DNA of 64,000 nt. Source: an uncultured Acidobacteriota bacterium. GTDB lineage: Bacteria > Acidobacteriota > Polarisedimenticolia > J045. The stretch lies in the NCBI GenBank assembly GCA_964420365.1, contig CAYQTA010000077.1, positions 13,070-77,069 on the forward strand, written 5' to 3'. Positions within the stretch are counted from its first letter, which is position 1; each line of letters begins with the position of its first letter. Position numbers and translations under genes: made by a program. Of the stretch, positions 50,623-59,293 are shown piece by piece. The notes beneath the pieces are model-generated. The model was not told where the DNA came from. It worked only from the letters and a program-made list of their open reading frames with translations, and did no database searches.

Positions 50623-52488
50623 ATGACCTTCGCTCCCTGGGAGAGGATTCTCCTCCTCGTCCTGCTTGCCGTCTCCCTGGGCATCTTCGCCCGGGACTTC
50701 TGGCGACGGATCTCCCTCGTTCTTCGGGGCCGCCCGGATCGCGTCCGCTGGGATCACCCGGGCCGCCGCCTCGCCCGCGTCGTCCGGGAGGTCCTGCTCC
50801 AGTCCCGGGTGATCTCCGGCCGCCCGGTGGCCGGCACGATGCACGCGCTGGTCTTTCTCGGTTTCGTCTTCTTCGGGTTCGAGACGATCGACCACTTCCT
50901 CGAGCCCTTCGGGATCTCCTGGCTCGATGCCGTCCTCGGCCCCCGGGGGCACGAGCTCTTCACCCACTGGCTCGCCGCGTGGGCCGTCCTCGTTGCCGTC
51001 GCGATCACCGGCCTCGCCCTGCGACGGTTCGTCTTCGTCAAGTACTCGCCGGACCCGAGGTCCTGGAGCTCGGGGGTCGTCGCGCTGTTCATCTTCCTGC
51101 TGATGGTCACGTGGCTTCACCTCGAGACCGGCCCGGCGCCGGCGGTGGCCAAGGCCGACTGGTGGATCCACGCGCTGATCATCATCGTCTTCCCCCACCT
51201 GATCCTGCGCTCCAAGCACTTCCACCTCCTGATGGCGCCGGTGAACATCTTCTTCCGGACCGATCGCCTGGGCGAGCTGCTGCCCCTCGACCTGGACCTG
51301 GAGGCCCTCGAGGAATCGGGAGAAGAAATCTCCCTCGGCCTCGAGAAGCTCGGCGACCTGACCTGGAAGGAACGCCTCGACTTCCTGACCTGCGTCGAGT
51401 GCCGGCGCTGCACGGACAACTGCCCGGCCAACCAGGCGGGACAGGTGCTCGACCCGCGGGGTTTCATCCTGGCCGGGCGCCACGCCATCGAGGAGCGTCC
51501 CGACGAGGACCCCGTGATCGGCACGGTGATCACCGAGGACGCCCTCGCGCTCTGCACGTCTTGCGGCGCGTGCGAGAACATCTGCCCCACCGGCGTCGAG
51601 CACCTGCAGGTGCTGGTCGGAGCCAAGCGGGCCCAGGCCCTCGCCCTCGGCACCGGGATGGTGGCGGCCGACTTCCTGCGGGACGTGGAGCGGACCGGGA
51701 ACGCCCTGGGGGTCTCCCGTGACGCCCGGCGGAAGCTGCTCGAGGAGCTCGACCTGCCGACCTGGCAGCCCGGGCAGGAGGGCTGGCTGCTCTGGCTCGG
51801 CTGCGTCTGGAGCGGCAACCCGGACGCGAAGGGAGCGGTCCAGGCGACCGCCGAGCTGTTGCGGCGGGCCGGGGTTCCCTTCGGCGTGCTCCCGGAGGAG
51901 AGCTGCTGCGGGCACCACTCGCGCCGCCAGGGAGAGGAGATGCAGTTCCAGGTGCTGGCCCGGGAGAACATCGAGCGCCTCCGGGAGGCGGGGGTCCGGC
52001 AAATCCTCACGCCGTGCCCGCACTGCCAGTTGACCTTCCGCTTCGAGTACCCGGACCTCGAGGACGGTTTCTCCGTCGACGTCGTCCACCACTCCCGCTT
52101 CCTTCTCGGCCTCGTCGAGGAAGGAAAGCTCTCCCTGCGGGAGGGAGCCCTCGCCGGTGCCCGGGCCACCTACCACGACCCCTGCTACCTCGGTCGCTAC
52201 CAGGGCGAGTACGAGGCGCCGCGCCGCCTGCTCCGGCGGGCCGGGGTGGACCTGGTGGAGATGGACCGGAACCGCTCCCGGTCGACCTGCTGCGGCGGTG
52301 GGAACGCCGGGTTTGCGCTGCGGGTCGACGTCAAGCCGCGCCGGATCGACCAGCTCCGCGCCGAGCACGTGCGCGCAACGGGAGCCCCGCTCCTCGTCAC
52401 CGCGTGCCCGGAGTGCCACATGATGCTCAACGCGGCGACGAAGGAGACCCGGGACATCGCCGAGGTGATCCGCGACGCCCTCGCCTGA
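50623..52488 (+). CDS. membrane-anchored (Fe-S) oxidoreductase: NarI/HdrE-like b-type cytochrome domain fused to HdrD/DsrK-like 2x[4Fe-4S] + 2xCCG domains
   Basis: N-terminal 5-6 TM with conserved His; CVECRRCTDNCP and CTSCGACENICP ferredoxin motifs; two CCG cysteine-rich domains (CCGHHS...PCPHC; CCGGGN...ACPEC). Confidence 0.75.
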   Translation: MTFAPWERILLLVLLAVSLGIFARDFWRRISLVLRGRPDRVRWDHPGRRLARVVREVLLQSRVISGRPVAGTMHALVFLGFVFFGFETIDHFLEPFGISWLDAVLGPRGHELFTHWLAAWAVLVAVAITGLALRRFVFVKYSPDPRSWSSGVVALFIFLLMVTWLHLETGPAPAVAKADWWIHALIIIVFPHLILRSKHFHLLMAPVNIFFRTDRLGELLPLDLDLEALEESGEEISLGLEKLGDLTWKERLDFLTCVECRRCTDNCPANQAGQVLDPRGFILAGRHAIEERPDEDPVIGTVITEDALALCTSCGACENICPTGVEHLQVLVGAKRAQALALGTGMVAADFLRDVERTGNALGVSRDARRKLLEELDLPTWQPGQEGWLLWLGCVWSGNPDAKGAVQATAELLRRAGVPFGVLPEESCCGHHSRRQGEEMQFQVLARENIERLREAGVRQILTPCPHCQLTFRFEYPDLEDGFSVDVVHHSRFLLGLVEEGKLSLREGALAGARATYHDPCYLGRYQGEYEAPRRLLRRAGVDLVEMDRNRSRSTCCGGGNAGFALRVDVKPRRIDQLRAEHVRATGAPLLVTACPECHMMLNAATKETRDIAEVIRDALA

Positions 52489-52576
52489 CCGGCGGTCGGC
52501 ACGCCGGCTTGCACCTCCCGCGGCCCCCGGGGAGAATCCCCCGGCAGGGAAGCCGGTGCTTCCCCGGAAAGGAACC

Positions 52577-53497
52577 ATGCGTACTCGACGCTCCGCGAAG
52601 GTACGGGCCCACCGCATCCTGCTGGTCCTCGTGGCCCTGGTCCTCCTCGCCGCGTGTGACGATCCCACCGAGCTCTCCACGAAGGAGAAGGGGATCGCGG
52701 TCGGCGCGGTCGCGACCTCCATCTGCTGGGACCAGGACACCGGGCTCGCGACCACCCAGGTGATCGCCACCGTGTTCGGCAAGGACGGCAGCGTCGCGAC
52801 CGGCACGAAGGTCCGCTTCGAGGCGGACTGCCCGGAGGCGACGCTCGATCCCGTCGAGGCCGCGACCGACCAGGCGGGCCGTGCGATCGTCGAGCTCTCC
52901 ACGCCTCGCCCGTCGTCCGACCAGGTGACGGTGACGGGGTTCCTCCCCGACGGCCGCTCCGACGACGTGACGATCCGCGTCCCGGCCCCTCCTTTCCTGC
53001 AGTTCACGCCCGAGACGTTCCAGCCCAAGGTCGGGGAGGAGTTCTACCTCCACTGGTACGTCACGGCCCCCTGCAACCTCAGTCGACTGACGGCGGAGCT
53101 CACCTGGAACCCGGAGGTCCTCGAGTACGTGCCCGGCGAGTGGGAAGAGGGAGGGATCCTGAACCAGCTGGTCTCGAGCAACGGCGGGGACGCGGGCGAC
53201 ACGGACGAGGACGGCTCTGCCGGGGGAGAGGACAGGATCCCGACGGTGGTCGAGGAAAGCTGGGCGGACGGGTGGCTGCGGATGACCTACCGTCGCGACG
53301 ACACTCCACGCACCGGCATCTCCGCCACCGGCTCCTACATCCGGATCAAGTTCCGGGCGATCGGCACCGGTGACGCGGAGATGGCCGCGCCCTTCGTCGA
53401 ACTGGCGCCACCGGACGACCGGCCCTTCGACATGACCGACCACTGGGCCGTCCCGGCGATCACCGTCGTCGCGGCGGACGAGGACGGGGGGAAGTGA
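52577..53497 (+). CDS. lipoprotein with Ig-like and cohesin-like beta domains
   Basis: ATG after AAGGAA; lipobox LLAAC; beta-rich body; alternative GTG start at 52556. Confidence 0.55.
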   Translation: MRTRRSAKVRAHRILLVLVALVLLAACDDPTELSTKEKGIAVGAVATSICWDQDTGLATTQVIATVFGKDGSVATGTKVRFEADCPEATLDPVEAATDQAGRAIVELSTPRPSSDQVTVTGFLPDGRSDDVTIRVPAPPFLQFTPETFQPKVGEEFYLHWYVTAPCNLSRLTAELTWNPEVLEYVPGEWEEGGILNQLVSSNGGDAGDTDEDGSAGGEDRIPTVVEESWADGWLRMTYRRDDTPRTGISATGSYIRIKFRAIGTGDAEMAAPFVELAPPDDRPFDMTDHWAVPAITVVAADEDGGK

Positions 53498-54309
53498 GCA
53501 CCGGGACACCGGATCCCGCCCCCGCGGAACCGGGGTCCCTTCCCCGGGAGTGGCGGGGGATCACCGTCGGGGAGATCCTGCGTCATCCCCTCCCCTACCA
53601 GCGTCACAGTCTCCTCAACCGGCTGATCGCGCGGACGGTGGTGCTGGCCTTCCGCCGGAGCGTCCTGGCGATCCACGGCCTCGACCGGATCGGCGTCGAG
53701 CACGACCCCTTCATCCTCGTGATGAACCACAACCAGTGGCAGGAGGCGGTGATCCTGCCGACCCTCCTCATCTTCCACCGGGGCGGCAAGCTGATCCACT
53801 TCGTCTCCGACTGGAACTTCCAGCTGATCCCCGTCGCGCGCACGATCCTGCGCCGCAGCGAGGTGATCACGATCGTCGCCAAGCCGGCCCGGCCCGCGTT
53901 CCTCAACGTGTTTCGCCCCCTGTTCGAGCAGGAAACCTCCGCATGGACCCGCGCCCGGGAGAAGCTGCTCGCCGGCGCGTCGGTGGGGATCTTCCCGGAG
54001 GGGACGATCAACCGGGACCCGGAACGGCTGCTCCCGGGCCACCCCCGGGCCGCCCAGGTGAGCCTCCAGACCGGGACGCCCATCCTCCCGGCCGGGATCA
54101 CCTTCCCGCGGCTTCCCCCGGGAAGGCGGATCCCCAACGGGGAGCCCTTCGAGGTGACGATCGGCGAGCCGCTGGTCCCGCCCCGGCCGGCCCGGGCGGG
54201 GCGGCCCTCGCTGGACGAGGTCCGGGCATGGCATCATGAGGTGATGAGCCGGCTCGCGGAGCTGTGCGGCAAGCGCTGGGACCCGCGCCCGGCGAGGAGG
54301 GAGCGATGA
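53494..54309 (+). CDS. lysophospholipid acyltransferase (PlsC/LPLAT family, OlsA-like)
   Basis: GTG overlapping upstream TGA; acyltransferase motif region FILVMNHNQWQEAV and FPEGTINRD (HX4-acidic and PEGT boxes). Confidence 0.7.
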   Translation: MSTGTPDPAPAEPGSLPREWRGITVGEILRHPLPYQRHSLLNRLIARTVVLAFRRSVLAIHGLDRIGVEHDPFILVMNHNQWQEAVILPTLLIFHRGGKLIHFVSDWNFQLIPVARTILRRSEVITIVAKPARPAFLNVFRPLFEQETSAWTRAREKLLAGASVGIFPEGTINRDPERLLPGHPRAAQVSLQTGTPILPAGITFPRLPPGRRIPNGEPFEVTIGEPLVPPRPARAGRPSLDEVRAWHHEVMSRLAELCGKRWDPRPARRER

Positions 54310-54962
54310 GCCTCAAGGACCGCCTCGTGGTCTTCCGCGTCGAGGACGAGGAGGGCCGGGAGAAGGCCCGCCAGGTCCTCCGGGCCACGTACCGGGACGA
54401 GAAGGGCTGGGTCCAGGAGGAGGACCGCCAGATCCCGCCCGAGGACCTCCAGCGGGACGACGTCTCCTGGTTCGTCGTCTGCGACGGAGACCGGCCGGTC
54501 GGCGTCCTGCGGGTCCTCTACGACCCGCCCCTCGAGCTGTACCGGGAATACGGGTTCGAGCTGACCGACACCGGGATCGACGTCGAGAAGTTCATCCGCG
54601 AGAACCGGATCGCCGAGATCGGGCGGTTCGCCGTCCTGCCGGAGTACCGGAAGCACGTGGTCGTGGTCGCCGCCCTGATGCGGGCGGCCAGCACCGAGAC
54701 GGTCGCCCGCGGCTACACGCATTACATCACGGACGTCTTCGAGGACGACCCTCACTCGCCCTACAAGTTCCACACCCGCGTGATGGGTTTCGTCCCGGTG
54801 GCAACCCACGAGGTCGGCGAGCTGAACTGCCGGAGCCGGCGGATCACGCTGATCCTCGACCTCCGGGAGGCCTACCGGCGCCTCCGGAGGCAGGGCTCGT
54901 GGCTCTTCCGCTTCCTGACCGGTGATTGGCCGGAAGCGCTCCACCGCCGCCTGCTCGCCTGA
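54306..54962 (+). CDS. GNAT-fold N-acyltransferase of the N-acyl amino acid synthase / OlsB family (Acetyltransf_5-like)
   Basis: ATG after GAGGAGGGAG, overlaps upstream stop (ATGA); motifs LRATYRDEKGWVQEE (cf. LRxxVFxEExGW) and EIGRFAVLPEYR. Confidence 0.65.
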   Translation: MSLKDRLVVFRVEDEEGREKARQVLRATYRDEKGWVQEEDRQIPPEDLQRDDVSWFVVCDGDRPVGVLRVLYDPPLELYREYGFELTDTGIDVEKFIRENRIAEIGRFAVLPEYRKHVVVVAALMRAASTETVARGYTHYITDVFEDDPHSPYKFHTRVMGFVPVATHEVGELNCRSRRITLILDLREAYRRLRRQGSWLFRFLTGDWPEALHRRLLA

Positions 54963-55046
54963 TCCCGCCCCGCTCACGGCCCGGGCTGGACCGTCCGGGC
55001 CCGGGAACCTACGTTCCCTTCCGGGAGGGTTCGCGGGAGAACGAGC

Positions 55047-55361
55047 ATGGGCAACCTGGAACAGATCCTGCGCGAGTTCGGTGAGACGGGTGTCGAGACG
55101 TCGTTCGAGGTCGACGGGAAGACGTACCGGGTCTTCGCCTACCCGAGCCCCGGACGCGGCCGGGCCCACGTCCGGTGGAACCTCTACGAGGTCGAGGAAG
55201 GCCGCGGAGAAAGGATCCGTGGCCTGACCTTCGGCATCGCCGACGGGGTCCGGGAGGCGATGAAGGACGTTCTCGAGGCGGCCCGGGAGCACGCCCGGTC
55301 GGGGAAGGCACCGGGTCCGGTCCGCCATCCCCTGACCTTCCGGCCGACGGCCCTCGACTGA
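55047..55361 (+). CDS. hypothetical small protein
   Basis: 104 aa, ATG after GGGAGAA, strong GC3 bias. Confidence 0.45.
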   Translation: MGNLEQILREFGETGVETSFEVDGKTYRVFAYPSPGRGRAHVRWNLYEVEEGRGERIRGLTFGIADGVREAMKDVLEAAREHARSGKAPGPVRHPLTFRPTALD

Positions 55362-55385
55362 GACGGGACCCGGAGGGGAACGCGA

Positions 55386-55410
55386 AAGGGGCGCCCGCGG
55401 GCGCCCCTTC
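55386..55410. terminator. bidirectional intrinsic-terminator-like hairpin between convergent genes
   Basis: Perfect stem AAGGGGCGCCC-GCG-GGGCGCCCCTT followed by CCTTTCC. Confidence 0.45.
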
Positions 55411-55443
55411 CTTTCCGAACGCCGGGCAGGACCCGGCCCCGGA

Positions 55444-55758
55444 TCACTTGCCGAACAGGCCGGCGATCAGCTGGGCGGTGGCGTCGGAGATGACGACGTT
55501 GTCGCTGAGGGTGAAGCTGTCCTTCACCGCCTGCAGGCCGGTGCCGATCCCGTTGGCGTCGAACATGCTGTTGGCGGCGTCCACGGCCCCCTGGACGTCC
55601 ACGTCCCCCGCGGTGCCGTCGTCGTTCACGCTGACGAACTGGTTGAAGAGATCCCCGAGCTGGCTGTCGGTCTGCGCCAGGCCCTGGAGGAAGCTGAACA
55701 GGCCGACACCCGGGGCGATGCGGTTCTCGAGCTCCTGGACCTTCAGCTTACGGCTCAT
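55444..55758 (-). CDS. small Gly/Ala/Asp-rich Cys-free protein (104 aa), candidate exported peptide / bacteriocin-like precursor
   Basis: ATG at 55756-55758 after GGAGGAG; charged N-terminus MSRKLKVQELENRIAPG then Gly/Ala/Asp/Ser-rich Cys-free body; C-terminus IGTGLQAV...AQLIAGLFGK; 283-bp leader to upstream gene. Confidence 0.5.
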   Translation of the reverse strand: MSRKLKVQELENRIAPGVGLFSFLQGLAQTDSQLGDLFNQFVSVNDDGTAGDVDVQGAVDAANSMFDANGIGTGLQAVKDSFTLSDNVVISDATAQLIAGLFGK

Positions 55759-56041
55759 CGCACACTCTCCTCCGGCGGGCCCTTCGCCCGCCCTCGTTGT
55801 GGGGACCCGCGGTCCCCGAACTCTCTCTCCCCCGGCATCCGGACGGACGCCGGGACCCGACTCCCCCATGAGCAAGTACCGGGCCAACGGCGCGCATTCC
55901 GGGCCGGTATCCGGAGCCGTTCGCCGCGGCACGGAATCACCCGAACCGGTTCGGGACGGAGAGGCACGAGGGAAGCCGGTTTCCAGCGTCGTCGCGGCGG
56001 GCACGGAATCGGGGACGAGTGTGCGGAAACCGAACAGTCGC

Positions 56042-58558
56042 TCAGAGCAGGGACGGGTCCACGAGGCGCAGGAGACGCCGCCAGGCGAGGGCCGCGAGGG
56101 GCCGGCGACCACAGAGGATCTTGATCGCCCCGGTCATCCCCGGGCGCAGGTTCCCCCCGGGGTTCTCCACCGAGCAGCGGACCCGGAAGACCGCGCGGCC
56201 CAGGGGATCGGTCTCGGCGCGGGGAGCGATCTCGAGAACCTCTCCGGAGAAGGTCCGCGTCGGCCAGGCGGACAGGCGAACCTCGACGGGCAGCCCGGGA
56301 TGGACGTCCCCGATCTCGCTCTCCGGGACGACGGCCTCGGCGACCAGGTGACGCAGGTCCGCGATCTCGAGGACGAGGCCGCCCGCCGGGATCCTCTCCC
56401 CGATCTTCCCGTCTGGACGGGGCGTGACGACGACGCCTTCCGCGGGGGCGCGCAGGTCGCACGCCGCGAGCCGGCGCAGGATGTCGGCGGCCCGCGCCTC
56501 CAGCCGGGAGACCTCGGCGCGCGCGGCCGCGATCCGTTCCGGGCGGGCCCCCCGCTCGAGGAGACGCGCCTCGTCGAGGGCGGCCCGGAGGACCCCTTCC
56601 TTGATCTTCAGCTCCTTCGTCACCTGCTCGTAGAGGTCGGCGGGAACCAGCCCCTCTTCCCGCAGGCGGCGCAGTCGCTCGTGGCGGGCCCTGAGGTGAT
56701 CCACCTCGGCCCGGGCGGCCCGCACCTTCTCCCGAGCCTGGCGGACGCGCTCCTTCTCCGGGCCGTCGAGCAGGAGGGAGAGATCGGCCCGCGCCCGCTC
56801 CACCTCCGAGCGGGTCATCGCGAGCTGGGCGAGGAGGTCGCTCCGGTCGAGCCGGGCGACCACCTGGCCGGCGGCCACCCGCTCCCCCTCGCGCACCAGG
56901 ACCTCCGCCAGGTTCCCGGCGATCTCGGGACGGACCGCCACGCGGCTGCCCGCCTCGAGGACCACCTGTCCGCCGACCTTGAGCGGCCACGGAAGGGCGA
57001 GAACGAGGCCGGCGACGACGATCACGGCCCCCGCCGTGGCGAGCCGCGCCGGGGTCAGCCGCGTGATCGCCCGCCCGAGGGCCCGCGCGAGGCCGAGGAA
57101 CGGGCGGCGGCCGAGCCAGAGGAGGAGCGCCGCGAGCCCGAGGGGCCCCCACAGCCCCGCCACGGCGGTCGAGAGGTTGAACGCCAGGTGCCCGAGAATG
57201 GCGAAGATCCCGAGGATGTACACCGTGGAGAGGGCGCCGTACACGGCGAGGAAGGCGCGCGCCCGCGGGGCGAGGGGCGGTGCCTCCACCCGGCGCCCGA
57301 AGAGGCGACCGATCCCCCGGGCGATCGAGGCGAGGGCGGTGGCCCGCAGGTTCGGGATCCCCGAGAGATCCGACAGGACGTAGTACCCGTCGAGCCGCAG
57401 CAGGGGGTTCAGGTTCATCAGGACGCCCGCGCCGGACGCGGCCGCGGCGACGAACGCCAGCACCTTCCCGGTCCCGGGCGCGAGGAAGCGCCAGAGGTGC
57501 AGGGCGGTGACCGCCACGCCCAGGTCGAACATCGGGCCCGCCAGGCTGACGAGCACCCGGTGCCGGCGGCGCCGGAAGAGCCAGGCGTCGGACACGTCGA
57601 CGTAGAGGGCGGGCATCACGAAGAAGATCAGGAGGAAACCGAGTTCCGGAACGCGCCCCCCGTAGTGCTTGCAGGTCAGGCCGTGGGCGAACTCGTGCAG
57701 GGCGGTGAGGACGATCGCCGCCAGGAGGAACCCGCCCAGCCAGCCGCCGGTCGCCAGGTGGGGCAGGTGGGCGAGCAGCTCCGCCCGGTGCGTGACCGCG
57801 ATCCAGGCGGCGGACGCGAGGGCGGCCACGTAGGCGGCCACGAAGCCGGTGGTCCACAGGAAACGGACCCGCGGCTCGAGGCGCGTGAAGAGCCGGTCCG
57901 GGTCGAAGAGGGGCACCTGGAGGTAGAACAGGCTGCGCCGCCGCCGCGGCCGCCGCTGGCGTTTCGCCTCTTCCGCGGCGGCCTGGGCGCCCGCCCGGAC
58001 CAGCACGCCCCGGAGGGCCGCCGCCCGCTGGTTGGCCGGGTTGTCGACGAGAATCTCGTCGAGGGCGCGGAGGGCCGCCCGGAAACGTCCCTGGCGAAGC
58101 AGGTCGACGGCTTCGTCGAACTTCTCCGCCTCCCTCTGCCGCCGCTCGTCCCGCGTGACGCCGGGCGGGAGAGGATCGGTGGCGCGCCGCACCCGGAAGC
58201 CTCCCTGCTCCAGGGTCGCCAGGACGCGCGCTCCCAGGGCGGGCGCGAGGGCGGGAAGGCGGATCTCCCCGTCGTCCTCCACGAGCCCCTTCTCGCGCAG
58301 GTTGTCGAGGAATTCCTCGATCTCGTCGAGGGTCAGTTCCTCGCCGAACCGGACCGCCAGCTCCACCTGGATGTCGACCGGCGTGTGTTCACCGTCCAGC
58401 AGCTCGAGGATCGCTCCCTCGAGCTCGTCGAAGCGGAAGTACCGCCGGGCCCGGGGATCCTTGACGATCCGGCCCCGGCCGGTCTCCCCGTCCGGCAGCA
58501 CGACCAGCCCCGCCCGCAGGCGCGGGGGTGCCACGCTCGCAATGCCCTCGGAACCCAT
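56042..58558 (-). CDS. three-module protein: PqqD-like peptide-binding (RRE) domain + HExxH intramembrane zinc metalloprotease (M50/S2P-like) + HlyD-family periplasmic adaptor domain
   Basis: N-terminus VVLPDGETGRGRIVKDPRARRYFRFDELEGAILELLDGEHTPVDIQVELAVRFGEELTLDEIEEFLDNLREKGLV (PqqD-like); TM region with LTALHEFAHGLTCKHYGG (HExxH in membrane) and several more TM helices; C-terminal 330 aa with lipoyl-like, coiled-coil and beta-barrel HlyD segments; ATG after GGGAGAGG (alternative GTG 102 nt upstream). Confidence 0.75.
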   Translation of the reverse strand: MGSEGIASVAPPRLRAGLVVLPDGETGRGRIVKDPRARRYFRFDELEGAILELLDGEHTPVDIQVELAVRFGEELTLDEIEEFLDNLREKGLVEDDGEIRLPALAPALGARVLATLEQGGFRVRRATDPLPPGVTRDERRQREAEKFDEAVDLLRQGRFRAALRALDEILVDNPANQRAAALRGVLVRAGAQAAAEEAKRQRRPRRRRSLFYLQVPLFDPDRLFTRLEPRVRFLWTTGFVAAYVAALASAAWIAVTHRAELLAHLPHLATGGWLGGFLLAAIVLTALHEFAHGLTCKHYGGRVPELGFLLIFFVMPALYVDVSDAWLFRRRRHRVLVSLAGPMFDLGVAVTALHLWRFLAPGTGKVLAFVAAAASGAGVLMNLNPLLRLDGYYVLSDLSGIPNLRATALASIARGIGRLFGRRVEAPPLAPRARAFLAVYGALSTVYILGIFAILGHLAFNLSTAVAGLWGPLGLAALLLWLGRRPFLGLARALGRAITRLTPARLATAGAVIVVAGLVLALPWPLKVGGQVVLEAGSRVAVRPEIAGNLAEVLVREGERVAAGQVVARLDRSDLLAQLAMTRSEVERARADLSLLLDGPEKERVRQAREKVRAARAEVDHLRARHERLRRLREEGLVPADLYEQVTKELKIKEGVLRAALDEARLLERGARPERIAAARAEVSRLEARAADILRRLAACDLRAPAEGVVVTPRPDGKIGERIPAGGLVLEIADLRHLVAEAVVPESEIGDVHPGLPVEVRLSAWPTRTFSGEVLEIAPRAETDPLGRAVFRVRCSVENPGGNLRPGMTGAIKILCGRRPLAALAWRRLLRLVDPSLL

Positions 58559-58665
58559 CGCCTCTCCCGGGGGGCGCACCCCGGGCGTCCCGGCGGGCAC
58601 CGGGACGCGGGGAACCCCTGCGGCAAAGGTGGGTCCGGGGCGGGCGCCCGGCAAGAGCACGCGGG

Positions 58666-59043
58666 CTAGTCGGCGGAACCGTCCTCGTCATCCTCTTCCG
58701 GCTCGTCGTCCGTGGTCGAGGTGACGACGGCCCGGACGAGCACGAGGGTCCCGGAGTCGAGGACCCGGACCTCGGCGTCCTCGACGACGTCCCCCTCGAA
58801 GAGATCGTCGAGGATCGCGTCCTCCTCGCCGTCCAGCACGATGACCGCGTCCTCGGGGACCTCGATCACCAGGTCCCCCCGGGCCGGATCCCGGAGGGTC
58901 AGGGTCTCCTCGTCCAGGTCCACCTCGAGGATCGTGCCGGAGACGTGGGCCACGGTCGCGGCCCGGATCGCCGGCAGGGTCACGAGCAGGAGGAGGCACG
59001 AAATCGTCCACGTCGGGAGGCGCCAACCGGTCCGCATCGTCAT
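58666..59043 (-). CDS. small secreted acidic protein
   Basis: ATG after GGAGGAA; signal peptide MTMRTGWRLPTWTISCLLLLVTLPAIRAATVA; mature part highly acidic (Asp/Glu-rich tail). Confidence 0.5.
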   Translation of the reverse strand: MTMRTGWRLPTWTISCLLLLVTLPAIRAATVAHVSGTILEVDLDEETLTLRDPARGDLVIEVPEDAVIVLDGEEDAILDDLFEGDVVEDAEVRVLDSGTLVLVRAVVTSTTDDEPEEDDEDGSAD

Positions 59044-59293
59044 CGTTCCTCCGGGTCCGGCCGGACCCCGGCCGGGAGGCACCGGGCCGGACGCGTCCGC
59101 CGTTGCCCGCCGTTCATCATGGGGTTGCCGGAACCGCCCGGCAAGCGGAAACTGGGAGCCTCCCCGGGGGGCAAAACGCCTTTCCTTCCGCCCAGGTTCG
59201 CGGTACATGGGGAGACCGATGTTTCACTCGAACCGGACAGATCGAGCGCGCCCCCCCGTGGCGGACGCGCCCCTCACCATGGAGGCCACTCCC

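Noticed and set aside
55175-58669. 1164-aa + strand ORF (and 55755..57857 - 700 aa) overlapping the PqqD-M50-HlyD fusion gene
   Set aside because: Alternative frames; the chosen frame contains PqqD-like, HExxH-in-TM and HlyD segments in a sensible N-to-C order, while these frames are Arg/Gly/Pro-rich
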